Assembly: GCA_938091905.1 (NCBI GenBank)
Contig: CALKOM010000068.1
Coordinates: 1 to 12,812, forward strand
Length of the DNA stretch: 12,812 bases
From: an uncultured Verrucomicrobiales bacterium
Lineage (GTDB): Bacteria > Verrucomicrobiota > Verrucomicrobiia > Verrucomicrobiales > DEV007
Reading direction: 5' to 3'
Shown here one piece after another: positions 1 through 8,431 of this stretch. The notes beneath the pieces are model-generated. The model did no database searches. It was not told where the DNA came from and saw nothing but the letters and a program-made list of their open reading frames with translations. Made by a program: the position numbers and the translations under genes. Numbering within the stretch: the first letter of the stretch is position 1; every line of letters begins with the position of its first letter.

Positions 1-158
1 CTCGGAAGGTAAACAAAGGGCACTACAAGAAACGCCACCATATCGAGAATGCCTTTCAGTGACTGAAGGAGTTTCGGGTAATCGCCACCCGCTATGAGAA
101 GCACCGCGAGAACTTCCTCGGGATTGTCACGCTTGGCGCCATCCTAGCATGGATCTAG
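1..158 (+). pseudogene. C-terminal part of an IS5-family (IS427-group-like) DDE transposase with an in-frame nonsense codon; truncated by the window edge
   Basis: Manual translation from base 3: RKVNKGHYKKRHHIENAFQ*LKEFRVIATRYEKHRENFLGIVTLGAILAWI*. This matches the IS5 C-terminal signature Y-x2-R-x2-IE-x2-F-x2-LK-x-FR-x-IATRYEK. TGA at 60-62 falls where a basic residue is usual (probably CGA>TGA). Natural stop TAG at 156-158. Not in the ORF track. Confidence 0.9.
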
Positions 159-178
159 ACGGTTTTAAAACACACCCT
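1..178 (+). mobile_element. Right end of an IS5-family insertion sequence; putative IRR ~163-177 (GGGTGTGTTTTAAAA on the minus strand) followed by a TA/TAA target
   Basis: The transposase stop is followed within 20 bp by TTTTAAAACACACCC-TAA, the type of end and TA/TWA target seen in IS5 IS427/IS1031 groups. The partner IR is outside the window, so the boundary is +/-2 bp. Confidence 0.7.
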
Positions 179-1913
179 AACGCCCAGCAAATGCTTTGAG
201 GGCGTCATCGATGACAGATTTATCGAGCATATCTCCTTGGCCAATAATCCAACGATATCGCAACGTCGCTGTCTCTTCCATTGAGATTTTGAAATCAGGA
301 AAAGCGCCAAATCGCCCGTAGTCACGATACGCGGAGAACTTCGTCCCTGTTGGATTGTCAGGATGATTGAGAATCACAACCGAGAACTTCGGCTTACCAG
401 ATTCCAATCGAAACGATTCGCCAACCCATGGCAAATCTAGGTCTTTCTTAGGATCGATCCCCTCCGTGTGAAAGGTGTAGCGCGTCTCCGCCTTCACGAC
501 ATCGTTGGCTGGGCGAAACTGAGCTCCAGCGTGTTCAGGGTCACCCCCCATGTGTGCGTCGCCAGCAACTGCCATGAGCTCACTCTTCATTTCAATGAGA
601 CCGTAGGCTCCCTCAGGCGGGATTGAGAAGCTCAGATGGCGTTTCTCTCGTAGAAGCGGCTTACCAGCATTGTCCTGCCAAGTGATCTCCGCAACGAAGC
701 CCCCTCGCCCAGCATCACCTGAGACATCAGTAAATCGTTGATGAGCCTGGACGCCTTCCTTCATGTGCCACAGGTCGTAACGATTCTCGCCTATCTTAGT
801 ACGACTAAACCCAAGAAAGATACCACGGTGATGCGTGAACTGGCCGCCGGCCCCTTTCGTGATCACCTTCTTTCCCGCCTTATCGTAGACATGGAGAAAC
901 GGCTTGTAGGTTTCCAAACGACGCTCTGGTGTGCTCGTGTCTAAAGCATACTCAAAACGGGCAAGTGGACGATTCCCATAGGAAACTAGCATTGCTTTTG
1001 CCTCGGTATCCTCAACGCAGGCAAAGACGGGGGGATCCAATGTAGGGGCACCTTCTAGGTAGCCTAACGCGACAAGAAACTTGTCCGTTTGCGTGACGGT
1101 TTCGTAGTAGTGTCGCGGCGACTTACCCTCATTGAAGAAGCCATGGGCCTGGCCCTCATAGAGAAACAACTCACTCTGACTCCCCACAGCACGCATCTTC
1201 GCCTGAAAATCCTTTGCCGTTGCCACTGTGATCAAAGTATCCTTCGTTCCAACAAAAACAATGGCTGGCGGCATTCCTTTCCTGATGTTGTGCATCGGTG
1301 AGAATGCCTTCCAGTATTCCTCAACTCGCTTGTTCCCGTAACCCGTAGGGCCATTGTCATACACAGGATTAAACAAGAGTAGTGCATTAGGAACAGCAGT
1401 AACCGAAAGGTCATCGCCCGCTTCATTGAAATCGTTGATCGTTGCTGTCGCCGCCGCAAGGTGACCGCCTGCCGAACCACCACCAGCGGCGATGCGATTG
1501 GCATCAATCCCTAACTTATCGGCGTGGCTCCGCAACCAACGCATTGCTGACTTGGCATCCTTCACACACTCGAACGGCGTAGTTTTGTGTCTCGATGCGG
1601 TTCGGTAATCGGCAACCATCGCGACCATACCGCGCGAGGCCAAGTAGCGCGCGTGGGGCGCAAACTGCTCAGGAGTTCCAGCATTCCAGCTGCCTCCGAA
1701 GAAGAACAGGGCCGCAGGCCGACGATCTGAAGGCTCATGGTCCTTGGGCTGAAAAACATGGAGAGCCAGCTCGACATCACCGACGGATTTGTAGATCTCC
1801 CGCCTGGCACCTTCAATCCCCCACACGGGTATGAATGGGACGAACGAGAAGACGAGTGCAAGTTGGAACAGTCTCATACGTTGATGATTGGCCATCATCA
1901 TGGCAACCCGCAA
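177..1913 (-). CDS. Secreted alpha/beta-hydrolase (esterase, BD-FAE/Abhydrolase_3-like) fused to a C-terminal DUF6807/'PmoA' (PF14100)-like domain
   Basis: 578-aa ORF. Signal-peptide-like N-terminus (RLFQLALVFSFVPFIPVWG), oxyanion loop FFFGGSW, nucleophile elbow GGSAGG (Ser codon 1473-1475), acid in GTKD and His in QAHGFFN. After a Pro-rich linker (GAPTLDPP, ~1030-1053) a second domain carries YKPFLHVY...ITKG...FTHHRGIFLGF, which I recognise as DUF6807-like. TTG start with GAAGGGAG 7 nt upstream (1921-1928); alternative ATGs at 1901 and 1877. Confidence 0.85.
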   Translation of the reverse strand: MRVAMMMANHQRMRLFQLALVFSFVPFIPVWGIEGARREIYKSVGDVELALHVFQPKDHEPSDRRPAALFFFGGSWNAGTPEQFAPHARYLASRGMVAMVADYRTASRHKTTPFECVKDAKSAMRWLRSHADKLGIDANRIAAGGGSAGGHLAAATATINDFNEAGDDLSVTAVPNALLLFNPVYDNGPTGYGNKRVEEYWKAFSPMHNIRKGMPPAIVFVGTKDTLITVATAKDFQAKMRAVGSQSELFLYEGQAHGFFNEGKSPRHYYETVTQTDKFLVALGYLEGAPTLDPPVFACVEDTEAKAMLVSYGNRPLARFEYALDTSTPERRLETYKPFLHVYDKAGKKVITKGAGGQFTHHRGIFLGFSRTKIGENRYDLWHMKEGVQAHQRFTDVSGDAGRGGFVAEITWQDNAGKPLLREKRHLSFSIPPEGAYGLIEMKSELMAVAGDAHMGGDPEHAGAQFRPANDVVKAETRYTFHTEGIDPKKDLDLPWVGESFRLESGKPKFSVVILNHPDNPTGTKFSAYRDYGRFGAFPDFKISMEETATLRYRWIIGQGDMLDKSVIDDALKAFAGR

Positions 1914-2033
1914 CGCTATTCTCCCTTCATCACTAGTTCACTTCTCACGAATCCTTTACCCCACAGTTCTCAAGCTCCAAGATTTTTAGGGTTCTGCAGT
2001 GACTTCTTAGCCAGTCCTGTGATCTATAGATTC

Positions 2034-2106
2034 GGGTGGGGTTGCCGCGACACAATCCCGCTCTTAAGCCGTACCCGCACCCCTCTGCGGGTGCGGCACT
2101 CTTTTT
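2034..2106 (+). ncRNA. Candidate small structured RNA (two hairpins plus U-tract), opposite in orientation to the flanking genes
   Basis: Stem 1 is 2034-2044 with 2053-2063 (11 bp, 3 G-U pairs). Stem 2 is 2068-2079 with 2086-2097 (12 bp, 1 G-U, loop CCCCTC), then ACTCTTTTT. All four non-Watson-Crick positions are G-U only on the + strand. No family recognised. Confidence 0.4.
2068..2106 (+). terminator. Intrinsic-terminator-like GC-rich hairpin with a U-tract on the + strand; may also act on the minus-strand nuo transcript
   Basis: GCCGTACCCGCA-CCCCTC-TGCGGGTGCGGC followed by ACTCTTTTT, about 100 bp past the nuoN stop. On the minus strand it is followed only by TTAAG. Confidence 0.6.
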
Positions 2107-2198
2107 ACCCCACGGGTACGCTCAATTAATAACACGAAACCGTCGTTACAGTACGAATAGACCGGGTGCTGCCAAGGCGAGCGAGTCTTGAAAAAGTC

Positions 2199-3668
2199 CT
2201 AACTAAAGAACTCCAAGATGGGAGACGGATACACGCCAAGCACAAAGATGATCACGGCCAACACAATGAGCGCTCCCTTGGCAAGCGGTGGAACCCTCAC
2301 CTGACGATCATCATCAGCCTCTTCCCAATACATCGCTTTCACGACTTTCAGGTAGTAGTAGAAACCAGCACCCACACCGATCACGGCCACTGCGATGATC
2401 ACGTAGAAGCGACTCTGTATTGCTAGGAGAAAGACATAGAACTTTCCAAAGAAACCGGCAGTGAATGGAACGCCAGCCAGGGAAACCATGGCAACGAGCA
2501 GGATACCCGCAAGAAAGGGGGAGCGTTTTGACAATCCATTGTATGTCGAAATCTCCTCGCCCCCCAACTGATCACGAACGAGGCACATGACGTGGAACAC
2601 GATCAGGGTCATGGCAAGGTAACCACTAAGATAAAGCGCCATAACGCCCTCCACTTGCACATCATCGCCAGCCGCCCGAGCACATCCTAACGCAAGTAGA
2701 AGGAATCCTGCATGCGAAATGCTCGAATAGGCCAACATCCGTTTGAAATTCGATTGCGACACCGCCGCTAGATTACCTAGCAAGATCGTCGCACCAGCAA
2801 TGGCAAGGATCAGGGTGACAAGTTGAGGTGCAGCATCGCTTGCGATGAAGGGCTCCATGATCCGAAAACCCACCACAAACCCAGCAGCTTTTGAACCAAC
2901 AGACAAGAAAGCGGTAATCGGTGTCGGTGCCCCTTGATACACATCCGGCACCCAAATTTGAAACGGCACAGCCGCAACCTTGAAACCAAGGGCGACAATA
3001 ATCAGTGCTAGGGCAAAGAGCAACGCCTGGGGATGCGCATTCATCGGTGAATCCTCATTGCCCAACTCAGCGGCGATTTCAGCCAACCCTGTTTCTCCGC
3101 TCAACCCGAAAAGCCAAGTGAGCCCGTAGACTAGAAAACCAGTCGATAGAGCACCAAGGATAAGATACTTCACACCAGCCTCGAGAGAACCGACGTTACG
3201 ACGGAGGAAGGCAACCAGGATATAGAAAGAGATCGTTACGAGTTCCAGCGAGACAAAAATACTTACAATATCCTTAGCGGACGCCATCCACATGAGGCCT
3301 GCACAGGTAAAAAGTGGGAGATAAAGGAACTCACCGAGACCAGCTTGTGGCTTCTCCTGATCAGCACCCATGTAGTGCTGAATGACACCTCGGTAATCGA
3401 GGCTCATGACGAGCACGATGATCGTCGTAATCAATGCGAAGCCCTTATAGAACAACGAAGTTGCATCCACCGCGTAGAACGACCAGATAGCACCGGTGTC
3501 ACCGTCAGCTGGGCTTTTGACCATGAAGAGTCCCAGGAAAATCACGCCGAGGCCAACAATGCCAACCTTCCCGACAAACGATTTGTCGGCCTTGTCGACG
3601 AAGGCTTCCATGAGCATCAGTACGATACCCAGGACGACGACAGCGGCTTCTAAGTAGTAGGCGGGCAT
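2199..3668 (-). CDS. nuoN: NADH-quinone oxidoreductase subunit N
   Basis: 489-aa polytopic membrane protein with SLELVTISFYILV, EAGVKYLILGA and GFKVAAVPFQIWVPDVYQGAPTP; last gene of the L-M-N series. Confidence 0.97.
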   Translation of the reverse strand: MPAYYLEAAVVVLGIVLMLMEAFVDKADKSFVGKVGIVGLGVIFLGLFMVKSPADGDTGAIWSFYAVDATSLFYKGFALITTIIVLVMSLDYRGVIQHYMGADQEKPQAGLGEFLYLPLFTCAGLMWMASAKDIVSIFVSLELVTISFYILVAFLRRNVGSLEAGVKYLILGALSTGFLVYGLTWLFGLSGETGLAEIAAELGNEDSPMNAHPQALLFALALIIVALGFKVAAVPFQIWVPDVYQGAPTPITAFLSVGSKAAGFVVGFRIMEPFIASDAAPQLVTLILAIAGATILLGNLAAVSQSNFKRMLAYSSISHAGFLLLALGCARAAGDDVQVEGVMALYLSGYLAMTLIVFHVMCLVRDQLGGEEISTYNGLSKRSPFLAGILLVAMVSLAGVPFTAGFFGKFYVFLLAIQSRFYVIIAVAVIGVGAGFYYYLKVVKAMYWEEADDDRQVRVPPLAKGALIVLAVIIFVLGVYPSPILEFFS

Positions 3669-3671
3669 GAT

Positions 3672-5138
3672 TTAAAACGTGAGAAGATCGCTAAAAAGAC
3701 GCGGATAGAATCCGATAACTAACAACGACACCACCAGTAAGGTGCAGGGGATACGCTGAATGAGAACCACATCCTCTGCCACCTTCAATCCATCAGGCTG
3801 TTCCCCGAGGAAGATACTCCGGTAGGCGCGAAGCATGTAGACGGCGGAAATCACTACGCCCCACAGCGCTAGAATGGTGGCCCATTGCAGGTTCGTGAAG
3901 CTCTCCCCTTGATAGCCTTGGAATCCGCCAAAGAAGACCATCACTTCTCCGCTGAAATTTGCGAATCCTGGCAGCCCAGCGGAAGCAAAGGCGGCCAAAC
4001 CAAAGAGGAAGGAGAAGATCGGAATCTGTTTCCCAAGCCCACCTAGTTTCTCCATCTCTAGCGTTCCCACTCGATCACGAAGTTTGCCAGCGAGGCCGAA
4101 AAGTAAGGCGATTGAAATTCCGTGACCGAACATAAGTAGGACGGCGCCTGTTAAACCAATGGGCTCCCCCGTAGCTGCACTCCAACTCGCGATGCCCAAG
4201 AACACGTAGCCCATGTGCATGACGCTAGAGTTTCCTAACAAGCCATCGAGGTGTTTTTGAGCCAACGTCACAAAGCCGACGAAGAGAATATTTCCGATGA
4301 GAAGCACCAACAGCAAATTCCGCCAGGTTTCTAAGCCTTCCGGCAACATCGGCGTGAACCTTAGCAAGCCGTAAAGACCAAATTTCTTGAGCACGCCTGC
4401 GTGGAGCATACTCGTAGGTGCTGGTGCCGAGGCGTAAGCAGGAGCTGCCCAAGAGTGAAATGGAAACAGCGAGACTAAAATTCCAAAGCCAATCAATAAC
4501 GTGAGGAAGATCCACCCCTGTGCCTCTGCAGAAATAGCGCCACTAGCAGCGCGCTCCTGCAATGTGGTAAAGTCGAAAGTCAGCCCGCCCTGACTGAGCT
4601 GCATCTGGAAAGCGATGAGTCCCGCCAAGAGAACGATACTTCCAACAGCCAAATAGATGGTGATCTTCCAAGCAGTGTTCACACGATCCTCGCCCGTTCC
4701 CCAGATCCCAATCATGAAGAAAGTCGGGATTAACGCAAGTTCATGGAAAGCGTAAAAGAAGAAGACATCGGTTGAACAGAAGGCTCCAAGAGCCCCGGCA
4801 GAGATGAAGAGCAGCGAAGAGAAATACAACTTCTCGCGACTTCCTACCCTGGGAGCCATCCACATAGCGCAGAAACTGACAATCACACTAAGGAGAAGCA
4901 TGATGAGACTAAGGCCATCAATCCCAACAGCATAACTTATTTCTGGCACTTTCGCGACAACTCGAGAAGCGACCAACTGGAAGCCCTCTTTGTTAGGATC
5001 AAAGAGAATCCAGGCGACCACGCCAAGAGCCAGATTGGCCCCAGTCACGCCAATGGCGGTGATACGTGGAGGAGCACCGCACGCTATAGCCAGCGCTCCG
5101 ATCAGCGGAAGAAGGATGATGATGTCGAGAATACTCAC
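3672..5138 (-). CDS. nuoM: NADH-quinone oxidoreductase subunit M
   Basis: 488 aa, GTG start. FFFYAFHELALIP, FPFHSW, LHAGVLKKFGLYG and GLPGFANFSGE motifs; lies between nuoL and nuoN. Confidence 0.97.
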   Translation of the reverse strand: MSILDIIILLPLIGALAIACGAPPRITAIGVTGANLALGVVAWILFDPNKEGFQLVASRVVAKVPEISYAVGIDGLSLIMLLLSVIVSFCAMWMAPRVGSREKLYFSSLLFISAGALGAFCSTDVFFFYAFHELALIPTFFMIGIWGTGEDRVNTAWKITIYLAVGSIVLLAGLIAFQMQLSQGGLTFDFTTLQERAASGAISAEAQGWIFLTLLIGFGILVSLFPFHSWAAPAYASAPAPTSMLHAGVLKKFGLYGLLRFTPMLPEGLETWRNLLLVLLIGNILFVGFVTLAQKHLDGLLGNSSVMHMGYVFLGIASWSAATGEPIGLTGAVLLMFGHGISIALLFGLAGKLRDRVGTLEMEKLGGLGKQIPIFSFLFGLAAFASAGLPGFANFSGEVMVFFGGFQGYQGESFTNLQWATILALWGVVISAVYMLRAYRSIFLGEQPDGLKVAEDVVLIQRIPCTLLVVSLLVIGFYPRLFSDLLTF

Positions 5139-5150
5139 AGCGAGATCAGA

Positions 5151-6938
5151 TCAGGCAAAGACGAGAAGGTAGACGACGAGAATGACACCTGCGCCAAAGA
5201 GGAAGGCGTAGGCTTGCAAATTACCCACCTGGATCCGGCGGAAGAGCGAACCAAGGCCAACCACAGTGCTCGCACTGCCACGACTGGTAATTCCATCAAC
5301 CACATGATGGTCAAGCGCCTTGCTTACATAAGCCACGCCGTCTTGGAAAACGCGGACAATCGCGATGTAGATTTCGTCAAGGTAGAACTTGTCTCGAATG
5401 AAAGCGACAGGGAGAGGCTCACTCTCTTTCCCCCGGTAGAGAACGAAGCCCAGTCCTGCTCCGACGATCATGGTAGAGACAGAGACAAACAGCACCTCGA
5501 ATGGCACGGCGGCATGCACGTAGTGCTCGCCAAGGACAACTTTGGCCACAACACCGAAGCCAGCGACAATAGAGACAGCCGCCAGAACGATCAGCGGTAA
5601 GTTCATCACGCTTGGTACTTCCTTGGCATGCTCCGCTTGATCAGTGCGCGGCTTGCCTAAAAAGACTGCCGTAAACATACGCATCATGTAGAACGGTGTT
5701 AAGAAGGCCACGAGTCCCGCAATGAAGAACATCATCTTGTTGCCATTGTAGGCCGACACAAGAATCTGTTCCTTACTAAAAAACCCGCTCGTAACGTAAG
5801 GCACTGCCGCGAGTGCCGCAGTTCCAATAGCAAAGGTAGCAAAGGTGATCGGCATCTTCTTCGAAAGCCCACCCATCTTCCACATGTCTTGCTCGTGATG
5901 ACAAGCGTAGATTACCGCGCCTGCTCCTAAAAAGAGCAGTGCTTTGAAACCAGCATGTGTGTATAGATGGAACATTGCGGCGTCGGACGCGTTCAAGCCA
6001 GCCGCCATGACCATGTAGCCGAGTTGCGAGAGCGTCGAATAGGCCAGGACCTTCTTAATATCATTCTGCTGTGTTGCCACAACGGCAGCGAAGAGCGAAG
6101 TGATCGCACCAATCCAAGCGATGAGTTGGGCCGCCTCTGTTAGGCTAAGAAGGAAAGATACTCTTGCGAGCATAAAAACACCGGCAGCAACCATCGTCGC
6201 AGCATGGATCAGGGCAGACACCGGAGTCGGGCCTTCCATAGCATCTGGCAACCACACATGAAGCGGCATCATAGCAGATTTGCCAACCGCGCCGCAGAAT
6301 AAACAAAGGACAGCAATCCCAAACATCTTCGAATGAGCCGTCGCCGCTGCTGAGGCCGTCTCCTTCATCTCGTCGAAGGCGATACTCCCCGTCATGCCCC
6401 AGATCATGAGGATCCCGATCATGAAACCAAAGTCACCGATCCGATTGGTTAGGAAGGCTTTCTTAGCAGCTTCCACCGGAGCGTTCTTCGTGAACCAGTG
6501 CCCAATAAGCAAGTAAGAACTGACACCCACCAACTCCCAGAAAATGAACATCATGACGAAATTGTCCGCCAAGACAATTCCCGTCATAGAGAACATAAAG
6601 AGGGAAAGACAAGCAAAGTAACGCCCCTTGCTCTCGTCGCCTTTCATGTAGCCGAGCGAGAAGATATGCACCAGTGTCCCAATGAAGGTTACAATGAACA
6701 TCATCCCTCTACTCAAAGAATCGAGCGCTAGTCCAATGTTCAACTTGAAGTCTCCCACAGCAATCCATGTAAAGCTCGACCCATCCTTCGTTCCTTGAAG
6801 GAGCATGAGCACACTGATCGCAAGCGTCGCAATAACCGACGCCACGGAGATGTAGGCACTAACACTCCCGTTCTTTCGCGTGACCAGCGCAGTCACTGCG
6901 GCAGTCACAAGCGGGAGGATGAGAAGAAGCCAAGCCAT
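5151..6938 (-). CDS. nuoL: NADH-quinone oxidoreductase subunit L
   Basis: 595 aa with WELVGVSSYLLIG, KAFLTNRIGD, GKSAMMPLHVWLPDAMEGPTPVSALIHAATMV and DIKKVLAYSTLSQLG; C-terminal amphipathic helix and Q-x-G-x-LQ-x-Y. Confidence 0.98.
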   Translation of the reverse strand: MAWLLLILPLVTAAVTALVTRKNGSVSAYISVASVIATLAISVLMLLQGTKDGSSFTWIAVGDFKLNIGLALDSLSRGMMFIVTFIGTLVHIFSLGYMKGDESKGRYFACLSLFMFSMTGIVLADNFVMMFIFWELVGVSSYLLIGHWFTKNAPVEAAKKAFLTNRIGDFGFMIGILMIWGMTGSIAFDEMKETASAAATAHSKMFGIAVLCLFCGAVGKSAMMPLHVWLPDAMEGPTPVSALIHAATMVAAGVFMLARVSFLLSLTEAAQLIAWIGAITSLFAAVVATQQNDIKKVLAYSTLSQLGYMVMAAGLNASDAAMFHLYTHAGFKALLFLGAGAVIYACHHEQDMWKMGGLSKKMPITFATFAIGTAALAAVPYVTSGFFSKEQILVSAYNGNKMMFFIAGLVAFLTPFYMMRMFTAVFLGKPRTDQAEHAKEVPSVMNLPLIVLAAVSIVAGFGVVAKVVLGEHYVHAAVPFEVLFVSVSTMIVGAGLGFVLYRGKESEPLPVAFIRDKFYLDEIYIAIVRVFQDGVAYVSKALDHHVVDGITSRGSASTVVGLGSLFRRIQVGNLQAYAFLFGAGVILVVYLLVFA

Positions 6939-6974
6939 GGTGATTAGAGGATCAGAACGTGTAGAAAGAGAGCG

Positions 6975-7292
6975 TTAGTATTTCATCGAGGTGATGTCAT
7001 CGACGTTCGTCGTCTGACGGGCACGGAACAGGGCGACAATGATTGCCAGTCCGACAGCTACCTCAGCGGCAGCCACCGTAATGATGAAGAAGACAAAAGC
7101 CTGACCATTGTAGTTTGGGAGACCATCAACAAGATTGAAACGAGAAAAGGCAACGAGCGCCAAGTTGGCCGCACTCAACATCATTTCCAAACTCATGAAG
7201 ATGACAATCAAACTACGACGCAGCATCACGCCGGTCAGCCCGAGGGTAAAGAGAACCCCGCTAACAAAGAGATAATGATTCAGCGTTACCAT
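6975..7292 (-). CDS. nuoK: NADH-quinone oxidoreductase subunit K
   Basis: 105 aa, three TM segments, conserved glutamates in [11 protein letters not shown] and [12 protein letters not shown]. Confidence 0.97.
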   Translation of the reverse strand: MVTLNHYLFVSGVLFTLGLTGVMLRRSLIVIFMSLEMMLSAANLALVAFSRFNLVDGLPNYNGQAFVFFIITVAAAEVAVGLAIIVALFRARQTTNVDDITSMKY

Positions 7293-7296
7293 AGCT

Positions 7297-7860
7297 CTAG
7301 GTCAATTTACGCTTGCTCAGGATTACCACACCAACCGTTGAGACGAGCAACAGCACACCAACCACCTGGAGCGGATAATTATACTGGGTGAAGAGCGTCC
7401 GTCCTACCAAGTGGACATCTGGAAGCTTGTCTTCTTTCAATTTCGCATTTGCCGTTTCCGGCAGCCCTGGAAGGTCCTTCTCCAAAGTCAGCTCAGCCTG
7501 CTGAGGAGTAAACCCGACATCCCCCGCCTCAAAATTTGAAAGCACAGCTGACAATTGTACCATGAAGACAAGGGCAAGGATAAGCCCGCCAGCAAAAGCC
7601 ATGTAGTTCACCGACTTCTTCTCTTCTGCCTTCAGATCGAGAAGCATAATGATGAACAGAAACAGAACCATGACCGCGCCCGCATAAACGAGGATTTGGA
7701 TGATCCCGATAAAAAAGGCATCTAACTGAATGAACAAGGCTGCAAGACCAAGGAACGAACCTACCAAGCACATCGCACTGGTCACCGGATTGCGGCTGAC
7801 GATGACCCCAAGGCCCAGGAAGATCATGATCGCCGAGAAGATGTAGAAGAGAACCTCCAT
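7297..7860 (-). CDS. nuoJ: NADH-quinone oxidoreductase subunit J
   Basis: 187 aa with RNPVTSA and [20 protein letters not shown]; lies between nuoI and nuoK. Confidence 0.97.
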   Translation of the reverse strand: MEVLFYIFSAIMIFLGLGVIVSRNPVTSAMCLVGSFLGLAALFIQLDAFFIGIIQILVYAGAVMVLFLFIIMLLDLKAEEKKSVNYMAFAGGLILALVFMVQLSAVLSNFEAGDVGFTPQQAELTLEKDLPGLPETANAKLKEDKLPDVHLVGRTLFTQYNYPLQVVGVLLLVSTVGVVILSKRKLT

Positions 7861-7872
7861 GCGTGTGTCTTT

Positions 7873-8406
7873 CTACTTCAGCTCATTCCATTTGTTAACC
7901 AACCCAACACGCACGCCGCCGATCTCATACAGCTTGGCTTTGTCGTGCACCATTTCTTCACGAGACTCGCCCGTAATCGCGTAATCTTGCCTCAAGTAGA
8001 TGGCCTGCTCCGGACAAACCTCCTCACACATCCCACAATAGATGCAGCGGATCATGTCGATATCGAACTCGGCCGGCCGCTTCTCCACTTTCTCCCACGT
8101 GTTGCCTTTCTCGATTTCATCAGGGATGATCTTGATGGCCCGCGGCGGACAGATAAATTCACATAACTGGCAGGACACACAGCGCTCACGCCCCTGCTCG
8201 TCCGTCACCAGCGCAGGCGCGCCACGATAGTATTCAGGCAGTTCTTCGTCCCACTTCTCCTCGGGATACTGCATAGTCACCTTCTTGGATCTACCCAGCA
8301 GCATCTTTATTGCGTGGCTCAGGGTGATCCACAGCCCCTTGACGATACCGGGTAAGTACATCTTCTCGAAGATGCTCAGCTTGGGTCTCTTAACGACGAT
8401 TGCCAT
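7873..8406 (-). CDS. nuoI: NADH-quinone oxidoreductase subunit I (2x[4Fe-4S])
   Basis: 177 aa with TMQYPEE, CVSCQLCEFICP and CIYCGMCEEVCP. Confidence 0.97.
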   Translation of the reverse strand: MAIVVKRPKLSIFEKMYLPGIVKGLWITLSHAIKMLLGRSKKVTMQYPEEKWDEELPEYYRGAPALVTDEQGRERCVSCQLCEFICPPRAIKIIPDEIEKGNTWEKVEKRPAEFDIDMIRCIYCGMCEEVCPEQAIYLRQDYAITGESREEMVHDKAKLYEIGGVRVGLVNKWNELK

Positions 8407-8431
8407 GGTTTTTAAAATGGTAGAACGCTTT

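Noticed and set aside
177..1035. Particulate methane monooxygenase PmoA
   Set aside because: The domain is soluble-looking with no TM helices, and there are no pmoB/pmoC neighbours; 'PmoA' is only a misleading family name.
1914..2198. tRNA, CRISPR array or known riboswitch in the intergenic region
   Set aside because: No cloverleaf or T-loop, no regularly spaced repeats, and no aptamer consensus that I recognise.
2199..7292. Mrp antiporter or membrane-bound hydrogenase instead of complex I
   Set aside because: The G-H-I-J-K-L-M-N order and subunit-specific motifs are those of Nuo; no MrpE/F/G or NiFe large subunit is present.
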